A stretch of 64,000 nt of DNA from Macrostomum hystrix. Taxonomy: Eukaryota > Animalia > Platyhelminthes. The stretch lies in the NCBI GenBank assembly GCA_950097015.1, contig CATNEN010000038.1:8370001-8434000 (forward strand), written 5' to 3'. The notes beneath the pieces are model-generated. The model worked only from the letters and a program-made list of their open reading frames with translations, was not told the origin of the DNA and ran no database searches. This document shows positions 45,201-58,600 of the stretch, one piece after another. How positions within the stretch are numbered: the first letter of the stretch is position 1; each line of letters opens with the position of its first letter. A program made the position numbers and the translations under genes.

Positions 45201-48145
45201 AGATGATTAGACAATAGATGATTAGGCAATAAATGATTAGGCAATAAATGATTAGACTATTGATGATTAGACAATAGATGATTAGACAATAGATGATTAG
45301 ACAATAGATGATTAGACAATAGATGATTAGACTATTGATGATTAGACTGTTGATGATTGGACAATAGACAATTTGATTTAAACAATCAACATAGCCTTGA
45401 ATGAGTGCGCTGATTGGGCACCACCCCTGCTCCCGCAGCTGACTGGCTGGTCGGAGCCAGTCCAGCTGTGCGTGTTTGTGGCTGCGGACTCGGAGCAGAT
45501 TAGGCCGCACAGTCACTATCAGGCGTGCCGTGTGGCCGGCAAGTCCTCGGCTGCCAGAGCTGTTGAACTCGACTGCGAAGGCACTCGCGTGCTGGCTTTG
45601 AGCTGCGATCCAAGCGAGGGAAACTTATTCAGGTGAGGCACTTCGCGTCTAGATGCCTTTTTGAAGCTCCTTGAGTTTTTGTGGACTTTATTTTCACCGT
45701 TGTAGCCTAAAACGAGGGTACAGCGTCGGACACACGACTTGAAGGTCAAGGGTTCGATTCCCGACTAGACCAGAATCAAATTGTGTCCTTTAGCAAGACA
45801 CTTTACTCTGCATTGCTTCATTTCCTCCCAGTTGTTAAATGGGTACCAGCATCAGCTTTGGGGGTAATTGAAGGTGGGTGTGGCGTCCCTCCAGTCCATG
45901 GACTGAACAGCCGTGCGTCGCAATAGCTTTCGACTGCACATACAGCCCAATTAACAGTAGAAAGACCACACTATTCCTCCCCCTGGGGAAAGACCAACGT
46001 GGTATTTCAAATGCCCACTGCCTACTTCACGGTAGCTCCCAAAGCGAATGACCGTTTTTTTCGTGACAGTCCGCCATCCGAATAAAACTTTTCCGCCCTT
46101 TACGATGAAACAAATTTCAAAGACGTACGAGCATGCATCTCATAATTCATGGCGATTGGCTTAATATTTTAGGAGATACAGAAAAAAATTGGGTATTTGA
46201 AATGCCCCGTGGTCTCACTACTGTTAAATCTGGTGTAACCAATTAGTATTATCGTTTTCTTAATTAATTCCAAATATTTTTCTAACAGCATCGACTGCAT
46301 CGGCATCCTAAAGCTGCGCAACGTTGACGTCACCGACAACTTCGGCTGCGGCGGCGGCGGCGGCGGCAGCGGCAGTAGCGGCTGTGGCCGCGGTCAAAAA
46401 CGGTGCTACACGCAGCCGAAGCAACCCAAACAGGCTAAGCAACCAAAGCAGCAGCAGCAGCAGCAGCAGAGCTGTGCGAACATCCGAGCCAGGCTGGTAT
46501 TTCGAGTCTGTCTGCCAGTTACAGATGACACCACCGGAGAGTCGCCAGTTGTACTGCAGGTCGCTTCCGAGACTGTTGTGTGCAGTGAGTGCATTGTGAG
46601 AACCTCTGTTAAGAGAAATACTAGTTAGAAAGATATCAAAACGAATTGGTTGTGGGTAGCTGGCAGCTGATAGACTAATTAATCAATAGATCGGTTGAGA
46701 TTAGATGATGCATCGGTAGATAACACGGTAGATCAGCAGATAAGATTGCAGATTAAAGGTATATCGGTAGATTTCGTTGCTGATCAGGTTGTAGATTGGC
46801 ATATAAGGTGGTAGATCGGTAGATAAGGTGGTAGATCGGCAGATAAGGTGGTAGATCGGTAGATAAGGTGGTAGATCGGTTGATAAGGTGGTAGATCGGC
46901 ATATAAAATAGGTAATTTAGGTTTGATCAGTAGATTCGATAGTAGATCGGCAGATTAGACTGTAGATTAGTGTAAGAACGGCAGATTCGCTGGTAGATTA
47001 GCGGAAATACCAGTGAAATCATTCGCTTCGTTCCTCCCACAGCCCAGCCCGTGGGCTCCCCGGAGGTCCTTCGCGTCTCGTCAACCGAAGGCCCCTTTCA
47101 CGGCGGCTCGGACCTGTTCCTCATCGGCAAAAACTTCGTCAAAGGCAGCCGGGTGATTTTTAGTGAGGCTCGCGGCGATCCGCGCTGGGAAGCGGAGGCG
47201 GCCATCGAGGCGGATTACTTCACCCAGGCTCACCTCATCTGCCGGGTGCCCGCCTACCACAGGACCGACCTGGCCGCCCCCATCACCGTCCAGGTGACCA
47301 TGCGCTGCGAGGACCGGCGCGACTCCGAGCCGTTCTATTACACCTACAAGCCGGGTGAGGCGGGAACCGTTGCTACCTGAGCCAAGGACCTCTAGGAGCA
47401 GAAGGATAGAAAAAATGTTTAGGAGGCTGGTTTTCGCTGAAAAAATTCACTGCATACAGGGGGAAATTTTCTAAATTTTTCCAAACATTTAACAAAAGAA
47501 CTCGGAAAGTAGCTTTTTCATTTCTCCATTTTCTGATTTGTGATTTAATTAACTTATTATTAAAAAACAAAAAAACATTTACTTTCATCGTTTTTTGCTG
47601 CGAAAACCGGCATTCTGAAATTTTTATTTCAAATTTAGTTTCTAGTCCTTCAACTCCTAATACGAGTAGTCCTAATACGAGTAGTACTCGTAGTCCTTGA
47701 CGTGATACTAAAGACCTCCACTACCCACAGCCTGATCCTGAAGTTATTTACTACCCACAACCTGACCCTGAAGTTATTTACTACCCTCAACCTGATCATG
47801 AAGTTATTTACTACCCACAACCTGATCCTGAAGTTATTTACTACCCACAACCTGACCCTGAAGTTAGTTACTACCCACAACCTGATCCTGAAGTTATTTA
47901 CTACCCACAACCTGATCCTGAAGTTATTCACTACCCTCAACCTGACCCTGAAGTTAGTTACTACCCACAACCTGATCCTGAAGTTAGTTACTACCCACAA
48001 CCTGATCCTGAAGTTATTTACTACCCACAACCTGATCCTGAAGTTATTCACGACTTATTAATTCATTCAAAACCCATCTAGGCATTATCAAGGGATTAAA
48101 ATATTAAGCCGCTAATAATCCTCTCCCTCTCTCTTTACAGCTTGA
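42296..48145 (+). CDS. NFAT5: NFAT5/TonEBP-like Rel-homology transcription factor (~585 aa, 7 exons)
   Basis: Exons 42296-42756, 42842-43141, 44389-44578, 45439-45632, 46289-46584, 47043-47354 and 48141-48145, in phase. RHD '[22 protein letters not shown]', '[15 protein letters not shown]', '[14 protein letters not shown]', 'RARLVFRV'; IPT domain '[20 protein letters not shown]...HLICRVPAY...[10 protein letters not shown]'. Confidence 0.9.
43434..43860. promoter_or_regulatory. Candidate intronic enhancer: cluster of NFAT/Rel-type motifs
   Basis: TGGAAA or TTTCCA at 43434, 43467, 43618, 43736 and 43855; kB-like TGGAATTTCC at 43583 and GGGATTCCCC at 43712. Confidence 0.4.
44887..45368. repeat. 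15-bp minisatellite (NFAT intron 3)
   Basis: Unit GATGATTAGACAATA. Confidence 0.92.
45698..45940 (+). mobile_element. CORE-like tRNA SINE (family C) in NFAT intron 4
   Basis: B box GGTTCGATTCCC, then TGTGTCCTTTAGCAAGACACTTTA...TAAATGGGTACC, resembling the CORE domain. Confidence 0.8.
45991..46215. mobile_element. Small MITE-like element
   Basis: Imperfect ~25-bp inverted termini AGACCAACGTGGTATTTCAAATGCCC / GGGTATTTGAAATGCCCCGTGGTCT; no TSD seen. Confidence 0.5.
46790..46905. repeat. 20-bp repeat (NFAT intron 5)
   Basis: Unit AGATAAGGTGGTAGATCGGT. Confidence 0.85.
47720..48051. repeat. 30-bp minisatellite (NFAT intron 6)
   Basis: Unit CTACCCACAACCTGATCCTGAAGTTATTTA. Confidence 0.92.
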
Positions 48146-48697
48146 ATTTCTCTGCGCGCAGCCTCCCCAGCTGATATTGTGCATTAGGCCAGACATTGTG
48201 ACAATTCTTCACGCTTATCTAGTAAATTAATTTCTGAGCAATGCCAATGCCGTTTTTACTGTCGCTTCAAGCTTATTCAGGTTTTATGCTTTAAAGCCTA
48301 TTGATATACTGACTGAGAATTGGTATTGGCTTAATAGTGCGTTACCAAAATAGTGTGGCTGCTCTTGTTAGTCATCCTCACGCATGGCCTTTTTATAGAA
48401 ATACATGATTCTTTGCTTTAACAGGCTTATATGACTTATGAATCGAGACATTTTGTCTATCCCGATTTGTTTATTTTCTAAAGATATCGAAACATTTTTT
48501 CGTCAGTATCCTCATAGCCTACTTAAAGTAGACGAACAAAAAGGTGTAAATTTGCTACTCTTGAAAATAATTACTACTCGTATTTAATTATGTTATATTT
48601 ATGTAAACAATAATTATATTCCACAAGTGTTACAACTCGAACGTTTATTCTCGCAAAAATGTTTGCCAAGTAAGGTCTTAAAAAAAACCAAAACAGT

Positions 48698-48768
48698 TGC
48701 ATCGGCCGGGAATCGAACCCGGGCCGCCCGCGTGGCAGGCGAGCATTCTACCACTGAACCACCGATGC
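48698..48768 (-). tRNA. tRNA-Gly (GCC)
   Basis: GCATCGGTGGTTCAGTGGTAGAATGCTCGCCTGCCACGCGGGCGGCCCGGGTTCGATTCCCGGCCGATGCA: 71 nt, perfect acceptor stem, GCC anticodon, followed by oligo-T Pol III terminator tracts. Confidence 0.97.
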
Positions 48769-49251
48769 GTAGTTGTACTGGTGAACAAATTACAGATTTA
48801 TTATTTAGTGTCCACGCCTTAATTGGAGTCAAAGAGATAACAATAACAATCAATAACGCACTAAAAAGCCTTGTATTAATCTAGCATTAATCAAAACAGC
48901 TAATAAATGCGTGTAAGGCCTTTTTATAACTGCAGGTATATTGTTAAAAGGAGTATCTCATTAAGGAAGTGGAAGTGGAGTGGAGTGCGCGGAAATGATT
49001 GATATGAATAGTCCTTGTTGGCGCACTTGGCCATCACGTTGCATGGTGACAAATAATTTATTCATTGTTAAATGTGCAGTCTAAGAAGGCTGCAACATCA
49101 AACGCGAACGCGTAGTTGCTCATATAAAGTGTATGTCTGGATTGGGCTTTTGTTTTTGCTGTTCGGCATACAATTCACTTTGCTAAGTTAGTGGGATTTA
49201 ACAGAGGGGAGTGGGCCGTTAACCTATGAGTAGGGAGTGGAATCCCACAAT

Positions 49252-49950
49252 ACGGGGAGAATGGGATCTAACAATGAGGGGAGAGTGGGATCTAACAATG
49301 AGGGGAGAGTGGGATCTAACAATGAGGGGAGTGGGATCTAACAATGAGGGGAGTGGGATCTAACAATGAGGGGAGTGGGATCTAACATTGAGGGGAGAGT
49401 GGGATCTAACAATGAGGGGAGAATGGGATCTAACAATGAGGGGAGAGTGAAATCTAACGATGTAGGGAGAGTGTGATGGAATCTAAAAATTTGGGGATAG
49501 TAGGATGTGATCTGACAATCAAGAGAGAGTGGGATGGGATCTCAAAATCTGCAGGGAGAGTGGGATGGGATCTCACAACGAGGAGAGAGCGGGATGGGAT
49601 CTCACAATCAGGGGAGAGTAGAATGCATGGGATCTCACAATCAGGGGAGAGTAGAATGCATGGGATCTCACAATCAGGGGAGAGTGGGATGGGATCTCAC
49701 AATCAGGGGAGAGTGGGATGGGATCTCACAATCAGGGGAGAGTGGGATGGGATCTCACAACGAGGAGAGAGTGGGATGGGATCTCACAATCAGGGGAGAG
49801 TAGAATGGGATCTCACAATCAGGGGAGAGTAGAATGGGATCTCACAATCAGGGGAGAGTAGAATGGGATCTAAATGAAGGAAGAGTGGGATGGGATCTAA
49901 ATGAAGGAAGAGTGGGATGGGATCTCACAATAAGGAGAGAGTGGTGGGAT
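49252..49950. repeat. Compound ~21-30-bp G-rich minisatellite
   Basis: GGGATCTAACAATGAGGGGAGAGT grading into GGGATCTCACAATCAGGGGAGAGTGGGAT. Confidence 0.85.
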
Positions 49951-51447
49951 CTACGGATGTGGATGCAGTGGGATCTAACAGTATGGAAAATCAGCAATGG
50001 GGATTGGGAGTTAACAATGGAAGACAGTGGTATTATATAAATGTACATGTGTGCATGCGTATTAAAAAAAACCAGACGAAATCTGAAACCAAAAGTGGCT
50101 TTCATAATCAATTTCTTCTTCAAGCAAATTTTAAGCAATCTATTTTAAATAACACATATATATTGTAGATATTGCTACATGGCTGTGTTGTTTGTTTTTG
50201 AATAAATTTCGATAGACGATTCGGCGTAAAATTTCTCTGACTCAGAAATCAGTAGATCGAAATGCTTTCTTGAGTATAGATGAGCTGGGCGATGAAATTT
50301 CAGTTCGGGCACTCCTGCTCCTGCGTGGCATTTTATTTTCATTTTCCGTTTCTTTATTAAAATTGTACCACGCACCGTCAGAGCATAGAGGCTCCTCTCC
50401 TGATGTTCTATTGACTCGAAAATTGAGCACTCTACGCTAAAGTCAATATCTCGCCAGCATATGTAGGCATTATATAAGTTACTACGTAATGATAAGGTGA
50501 GTGTAGTGAATTTCTATTTCACGAACAAACACTAGAAACCTGCACGGCCTGGCCTCATGAAGCTTCACGCGGTCATGATGCTTTCAGTCAAATCGATTTT
50601 CCAGGTTTGTGTACTTTCGGGTCCGAAAATCGCTTTCAGTTTTTCTTCTGTACGCTTGGCTGAATTCGAAGCCAATGACCATTGCCATTGTTAATTGATC
50701 CTCATTGATCAGAGAGAACCGCGAGCGAATCAATGACAGAATACAAGCTCACGGGTCATGGCATTTTTAGCTGATTGGTTGAGAATTAGAAATGTTTGTT
50801 GGCATTTTTAAAAGAAATTGAGAATTGGGAGCAATGAGATTTTGGGAGATTTTCAGATGGGGAGAAATAAGAAAAAGAGAATTTCAGATATGGGAAGAAT
50901 CAGTATTGGGGAGATTTTCAGGCTTGGGAAGAATGAGAAAAATAGGGAAATTTCAGACGGAAGAAAAAATGGGAAGAATTTCAGATTGGGTAAGAATTGC
51001 AGTTTCTCCCTGTGTACTGAACATTCCAAGGTCTAGTGAGGTTATTGTTCCTAATTGATCAATGTTTCTTGTGTTAGGGTGTCATGTGTTAGAATTTACT
51101 TTTCTGTCATTGCAATTTTGCATTGAAGTTCAATTGTGTCAGCTATATAGAGTAAGGAATATTAGCAGCTAATTTCCTACTTTTGCAAAAGTCAATACGT
51201 GGGACTTGAATAAAGTTTTCTCATTGGTCGCGAATTTCAAGTTTGTTTAAGTGAGGTTTGCCGCACGAAAATATTTATCTCGGGAAATTATCTCAGCTAG
51301 GTTTTAGAAACTGCAGCTAAATTTTATCAATATTGAGTCAACGGCTGGGTATGCAGGGCCGGCACCTGGCCGTGGCATTGCGAATAAAATATATCTTTTT
51401 CTAGTCGTTTATCTTCGATAGCGACTAAGGTTTAGGCTCGGGACAAG

Positions 51448-51594
51448 ATAAGGGCAGGGAGGGTCTAGATCCAGAAGATTAAGGGCAGGGAGGGTCTAGA
51501 TCCAGAAGATTAAGGGCAGGGAGGGTCTAGATCCAGAAGATTAAGTGGCAGGGAGGGTCTAGATCCAGAAGATTAAGGGCAGGGAGGGTCTAGA
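51448..51594. repeat. 31-bp repeat (~4.5 copies)
   Basis: Unit TAAGGGCAGGGAGGGTCTAGATCCAGAAGAT. Confidence 0.88.
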
Positions 51595-52355
51595 CACAGA
51601 AACGAGACGTCGGGAGTTCAATTTTAAACCTTCGTTTTTCCCTTTTTCAGTATCTCGCAAAATTTTCAACCTATCGTAGGTAATTTCGGCTATTGTTGTT
51701 GACTAATATTGCATTGATTATTTCGTTAATTATTGTATCATTAAACCAATAAGGATTCGCCATGGAGGTTCATACGTTAGAGTAATTTGAGTTGTCCTTG
51801 TCACCAGGGTCCTCGACAAATACCGCTGAATATCTAGACAATGCTGACGTCGGATGGCCTTGCAAGTTAGTTAGGGAAAATAGTAGTCAATCTATACTAT
51901 TAATATTTAATTATTGAATGCTAATATTCCCTAAATTTCTTTAATTCAACCAGTAGAGAAATTCTGCGAAAATTAATCACAGTCCATGGACTGAACAGCT
52001 GTACACAGCATTTGGACAGCTGTGCCACAGAATACTTCTGACAAAAAGTAAATTTAGAAGCGCAAATTTCATCAAGCAAAAGTGTTGAAAAAGCTTTCGT
52101 GTATATTTTTCGCAAGAACATTAAAAACTTGAATTATTAAATGTACAGTAGAAACGGCCCCTATTAGTTTACCATGCATAAATAAATTAGCAAATTTAAT
52201 TGAAAAAAGGTTTCTTAGACAATTAAAAATAAGAAACAGATGGTGTCAAAAAACGAAAATCTGATTCCATCACATCTGATCACATCTGGGAAGTTTCTAC
52301 TGGGAATTTCGCTTGTAAGCACGAAAGTTAAAGTTCATGAGGAATGGGTTTTCTA

Positions 52356-53816
52356 CAGTTCCAATCACATGTCACATCATTTTCAATCACATGTCACATC
52401 AGTTCCAATAACATGTCACATCAGTTCCAATCACATGTCCCATCAGTTCCAATCACATGTCACGGCAGTTCCAATCACATGTCACGGCAGTTCCAATCAC
52501 ATGTCACGGCAGTTCCAATCACATGTCACATCAGTTCCAATCACATGTCACATCAGCTCCAATCACATGTCACATCAGTTCCAATCACATGTCACGGCAG
52601 TTCCAATCACATGTCACATCAGTTCCAATCACATGTCACATCAGTTCCAATCACATGTCACATCAGTTCCAAACACATGTCACATCAGTTCCAATCACAT
52701 GTCACATCAGTTCCAATCACATGTCACATCAGTTCCAATCACATGTCACATCAGTTCCAATCACATGTCACATCAGTTCCAATCACATGTCACATCAGTT
52801 CCAATCACATTTCACGGCAGTTCCAATCACATGTCACATCAGTTCCAATCACATGTCACATCATTTCCAATCACATTTCACGGCAGTTCCAATCACATGT
52901 CACATCAGTTCCAATCACATGTCACATCATTTCCAATCACATGTCACATCAGTTCCAATCACATGTCACATCAGTTCCAATCACATTTCACGGCAGTTCC
53001 AATCACATGTCACATCAGTTCCAATCACATGTCACATCAGTTCCAATCACATTTCACGGCAGTTCCAATCACATGTCACGGCAGTTCCAATCACATGTCA
53101 CATCAGTTCCAATCACATGTCACATCAGTTCCAATCACATGTCACATCAGTTCCAATCACATGTCACATCAGTTCCAATCACATGTCACATCAGTTCCAA
53201 TCACATGTCACATCAGTTCCAATCACATGTCACATCAGTTCCAATCACATGTCACATCAGTTCCAATCACATGTCACATCAGTTCCAATCACATGTCACA
53301 TCAGTTCCAATCACATTTCACGGCAGTTCCAATCACATGTCACGGCAGTTCTAATCACATGTCACGGCAGTTCCAATCACATGTCACGGCAGTTCCAATC
53401 ACATGTCACGGCAGTTCCAATCACATGTCACGGCAGTTCCAATCACATGTCACGGCAGTTCCAATCACATGTCACATCAGCTCCAATCACATGTCACATC
53501 AGTTCCAATCACATGTCACATCAGTTCCAATCACATGTCACATCAGCTCCAATCACATGTCACATCAGCTCCAATCACATGTCACATCAGTTCCAATCAC
53601 ATGTCACATCAGTTCCAATCACATGTCACATCAGTTCCAATCACATGTCACATCAGTTCCAATCACATGTCACATCAGTTCCAATCACATGTCACATCAG
53701 TTCCAATCACATGTCACATCAGTTCCAATCACATGTCACGGCAGTTCCAATCACATGTCACATCAGTTCCAATCACATGTCACATCAGTTCCAATCACAT
53801 GTCACATCAGTTCCAA
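52356..53816. repeat. 22-bp minisatellite
   Basis: Unit CAGTTCCAATCACATGTCACAT; accounts for the long spurious ORFs at 52240-53918. Confidence 0.95.
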
Positions 53817-54243
53817 AGGCTCGCGTTCCAAAAGCGGAATATTTTACAGCCAATCTTCAGCCAAAGTGTTTTCTGCACGCAGACGATTGCTAAATCAATA
53901 ATTGACTTTGCTAAATGAACAGAAGAAAAATTTCTAAGAAAAACTCGCGGACAGATCAGCAGGCAGACTTAGTGGATTAGCCAAGTCAAGAAAAGAGAAA
54001 CTTAAAGGCTGAAAAGTTAACTGTAAAATCGATAATTTAGTCACAGGAATTCACACATTTGTCCCCACTTGCTAAGGAGAACTGTGTGCATGGCGTAGGT
54101 GTTCTCAACTTTTTGGTACTCACGTGGCGTTGCTCATTCCGCTATTATTGACCAAAGTTTTCTTACAATTTTAGGTAGTTTTTGGACAAGAAATAGTTAA
54201 CAATAGGGTAGAATGAAACAAACAAGAAACTTACTGATATCTG

Positions 54244-54756
54244 ATCTCACCTCTGACTTGTCAAATTGATAATCTCACCTCTGACTTGTCAAATTGATTA
54301 TCTCACCTCTGACTTGTCAAATTGATAATCTCACCTCTGACTTGTCAAATTGATTATCTCACCTCTGACTTGTCAAATTGATAATCTCACCTCTGACTTG
54401 TCAAATTGATAATCTCACCTCTGACTTGTCAAATTGATAATCTCACCTCTGACTTGTCAAATTGATTATCTCACCTCTGACTTGTCAAATTGATAATCTC
54501 ACCTCTGACTTGTCAAATTGATAATCTCACCTCTGACTTGTCAAATTGATAATCTCACCTCTGACTTGTCAAATTGATTATCTCACCTCTGACTTGTCAA
54601 ATTGATAATCTCACCTCTGACTTGTCAAATTGATAATCTCACCTCTGACTTGTGAAATTGATTATCTCACCTCTGACTTGTCAAATTGATAATCTCACCT
54701 CTGACTTGTCAAATTGATTATCTCACCTCTGACTTGTCTAATTGATAATCTCACCT
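54244..54756. repeat. 28-bp minisatellite upstream of the TLR
   Basis: Unit ATCTCACCTCTGACTTGTCAAATTGATW. Confidence 0.95.
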
Positions 54757-55637
54757 TTGCCTTTGATCCCATATGAGACAATGACTTCTAAAGTCTAAAA
54801 GCTCCCATTTGGTATGTCAAATAAGGTATGGTTAACTTCAAAGCTTCATTGAAAGCCTGTAGTTTAACTTATTGGCATTGTCGAAAATCTTGTAAAAATA
54901 TTTCTTTAAAACTACCTGGCATAACTGAGGCGTCAGCGCATTGATTCGGGGCGGCTACTCGCAAAACTCAACTCAAGGACGCTTTAGCCAATTAAAAGCG
55001 ACAATCAGCTGAAGCAGACCTGTTTCTAGGGGGGGGGCGATAAAGCAGATTTTCCTCCTCAAAAGGGGACGACTGCAGGCCCACCCGCTGACAGCCTAGC
55101 CGAAGCCGAAGCCGCCAAAAATGCATAATTAAAAGGGCAGCGTTTAAACAAAGCAGTAGGCAGTCCAGGCGTCCATTATTATATTCGCCACGGGGCAGGT
55201 TAGCCAAGGGAAAGGAGAAAAACAAAACTCTTGCAGCTTCCCTCGACCGTCGCCGCCTCATCAGGTAATAAGTTTTTGCTGCCAGTTGGAGGTAGAAAAA
55301 AAATAACAGGGCGGCTACTGGGGGGGAGTTGGGGGGCGATGAGTGCCGCGACACACAATGCTCCCCAGTGGGGTTGGGGATTTGGGCAGTGTATTCACTC
55401 AGATCCCACAGCAGCGCCCCTGCCAGTTTGTCACTGCCGTCAGCCAATACCCGATGCTTGAGAAATGAGTGAGCGACAAGGAGGGGGGAGCCAGACCCGA
55501 GCTCCGAGTAAAGGCAGGATTTAATGAGCCAAAAACCGAGCCCGAGAGAAGCATTCGTTGCTAAAAAAACTGAGCTGATCAGTTAGAAATCCAGTCGACA
55601 CGATTCTATAGAAAGCCGGGACGGCTGGCACTCAGCA

Positions 55638-58600
55638 ATGCAACGGCTACAGCTGCTGTTGCTGATGTTGCTACTCCTAGAAGCCGAGGCAGCCGGGCTG
55701 GAAGACTGCCAGCGATACTGCGCCGGCGCCCTCTGTCGCTGCAACCTGAAAACAGTCTTCAGCCAGCACCACATTCACGCCGACTGCGACTTCAAGCGTG
55801 GCGGCGCTGACAGCCTTCGACCCCTGCTCGGCTGCCTCGCCACCCTGACGGGCACCAACCTGGTGCTCATGCTGCGCCGCATCGGCCCTGAGGTCCTGAG
55901 CCTCCTGCCCCAGCTGAACGCTCTGACCCAGGTGACCCACCTGGACCTCAGCGACAACCGGCTCACCGGCCTGCCCGCGGGCGCCTTCTCAGCCAACAGC
56001 TTCCCGGACCTCAAGCAGCTGGTGCTGAATGGCAACTGGCTGGAATCGCTGGGACCCGGCTGCCTGCCGCTGCCGCAGCTGAATCACCTCAGCCTCAGTG
56101 GCAACCGGATCAGCAGGGTGTCAGCCGCCGCTTTCCAACGCCACGATGCAGCAGCAGGCGGCCTCACCTGGCTGAACAGCATCGACCTGTCTCACAACCG
56201 GCTCGAGACCCTGACCTCCTGGCCGCTGCGGCTGCGTCGGGCCGATGTCGATAAGAAGCTGGTCATCTCGCTGCACCACAATCAGATTGTCAACTTCACC
56301 CTGAACACGGACGCCTTCGACTTCTTCCCGGATGGCGCCGGCGGAGTCTACGGCGTCGAGGACGGCTGCGGCCTCATCCAGCTGGCCGGCTTCGATTATT
56401 CGCCGCGCGCCTGGTGGACCAACTGCCGACTGGCCAAAACCAAACTGGTCCTCGACCTGGCCAACAACCGCATCGCCAGCCTCTCCGAGCTGCTGGAGGG
56501 CTGGGCCATAGACAGTATTGCGGCCTCGCGGTTGGGCAGTCGGAAAGGCCTGCTGATCAACAATCTGACTGGCAACCCCATCGGCTGCGACTGCCGAGAC
56601 TATTCAGCATACGTCTCACCGGCTGGCAACATCAGCTGCCTCCTGGCTGTCGAGTCCGTTTTGCCGACCTGCCAGAGCCCGCCGCGGCTGCTCGGCCGGC
56701 GAGTGTACTCCACCGGCTTCAAGCTGGAGCTAGATCCGCGCGTCGACCTGGTCTGCGAGCAGGACTGCGTCAACGGCGACTGCGCCTGCTCTGTTGAGCC
56801 CTGGCGACGCGCCGTCAGCGTCGACTGCACCCGGGCCCGGCTGGACCGCCTGCCGCACCGGCGCGAGCTGCCGCGGCTGCCGCCGGGCTTCGCCTACCGG
56901 TTCAACTTCAGCCACAGCCGGCTGCCGGCCAGCCTTCCAGGAATGCCGGACGCTTTCAAGGACGCCGAGGCGCTCGACCTGAGCGGCGTCGGCCTGTCCG
57001 AACTGCCGGCGAAGTTCCTCGGCAGGCTACGGCGACTGGAACTGCTGAACCTGCAGGTTGGTTTGACGCGCCTTCTGAAGGATCAGGGATGGCATTGTGA
57101 GCCAAGATAGGGAGGATTATAATAGCATAATAGCAATTTAATTATAATGCATAGCCCCAGCCCCAAGGAGGGTGAGTGGCAGAGCGATCTAACGTGATTG
57201 TCTCTCGCGCCAAGATCCCTGAGCTCGATTCCGCGGCGAGGCCACATTCATTTGAGGCGCAGCCGCGGAGAGAAGGCTTAGGGGCTTGTCGTGCAATTAA
57301 CGCCACTGAGGGACAACCTCCAAGGCAAAGTGAGAGTGTACACTGCCTGAAGATGATAAAGACAATGCAGGTGTACACACCCGTGGATCTGCCTGCGTAC
57401 AGTATCTGTGTGCGTGTGTGCTCAAGAGTCAGCGAAATTGGCAGAATTTCCTCCTCCTACTTCACTGCGGGTCTAGTGTCACCAAATGATGTGCCATTGC
57501 ACGCAGCCCTCCTGCAAATATAATTATTCATTGAATTCACCTGCTTCAATTGGGCCAGACGTGCAGCCGACAGCACAGCCGCAGCTATCGCGCTGCGCAT
57601 CTGAAGGCTGCGTACGGCTGTTCAGTCCATGGACTGGGGGACGCCACTCCCACCTTTAAATACACAAGCTAATGCTGGTGCCCATTTAACAGCTGGGAAG
57701 TCATATTAAGGGACAAAAATGGTTCCAGTGGAGTCAAGATTGCTTCACGGAGGATAAAGAAATCCTATTGTGATCAATAAAATGATCATATTTGCAGGAG
57801 GGTGTGAGCACTGACATCTGATTTGGTGACATTAGACCCGCAGCAAGCGAGGAGGCAATTCTGCAAATTCTTCTTCTGCTGATCCCTGAGCACACGCTCA
57901 CACAGGTGTGTACATCTGCCCTGACTTTGTCATCGTCAGGCAGTGTACACTCTCACTGTGCTTTGGAGGTTGGCCCTCAAGGGCGTAAATTGCACGACAA
58001 TCCCCCAAGCCTTCTCTCCGCGGCTGCGCCTCAAATGAATGTGGCCTCGCCGTGGAATCGAGCTCAGGGACCTTGGTGCGAGAGACAAACGCGTTAACCG
58101 CTCACCCTGAATATGACCAATCCCTGAACAGCCGCCAACTGTCTCCAACCGCAGAACAACCGCCTGGCCCAGCTGGAACCCCGAATCGCCAGCTTGCCAC
58201 AGCTGTGGCGGCTGCGCCATCTGCGCCTCGATGGCAATCCGTGGCGCTGCGACTGCGAGAGCGCGGCCTGGCTGCCCTCCTGGCTAGCTGGCCGCCGGGT
58301 CAACAGCTCCGCGCGCTGCGCCCAGCCAGCCCGATTAGCCGGTCGGGAACTTCAGCGCTTGGCGCCGCGTGAACTGTGCCCGGACGGCGACTATAACGCC
58401 TCGTCGTCGTCTTCCTCAGTGGCGACAACGTCCACCGGTGGCGCATCGTCATCGTCCTGGCGCCGAATCCTGACGCTTCGCCTGCTGATCTGCGGCATCG
58501 GCGTGTCGCTGCTGCTTGCCCTGGCCGGAGCTGCCACCGCCTGCCTGCTCGTCCTCCTGGCTGCCTCAGTCCGCGTGCGGCTCTACGCGCGCTGGGGCTT

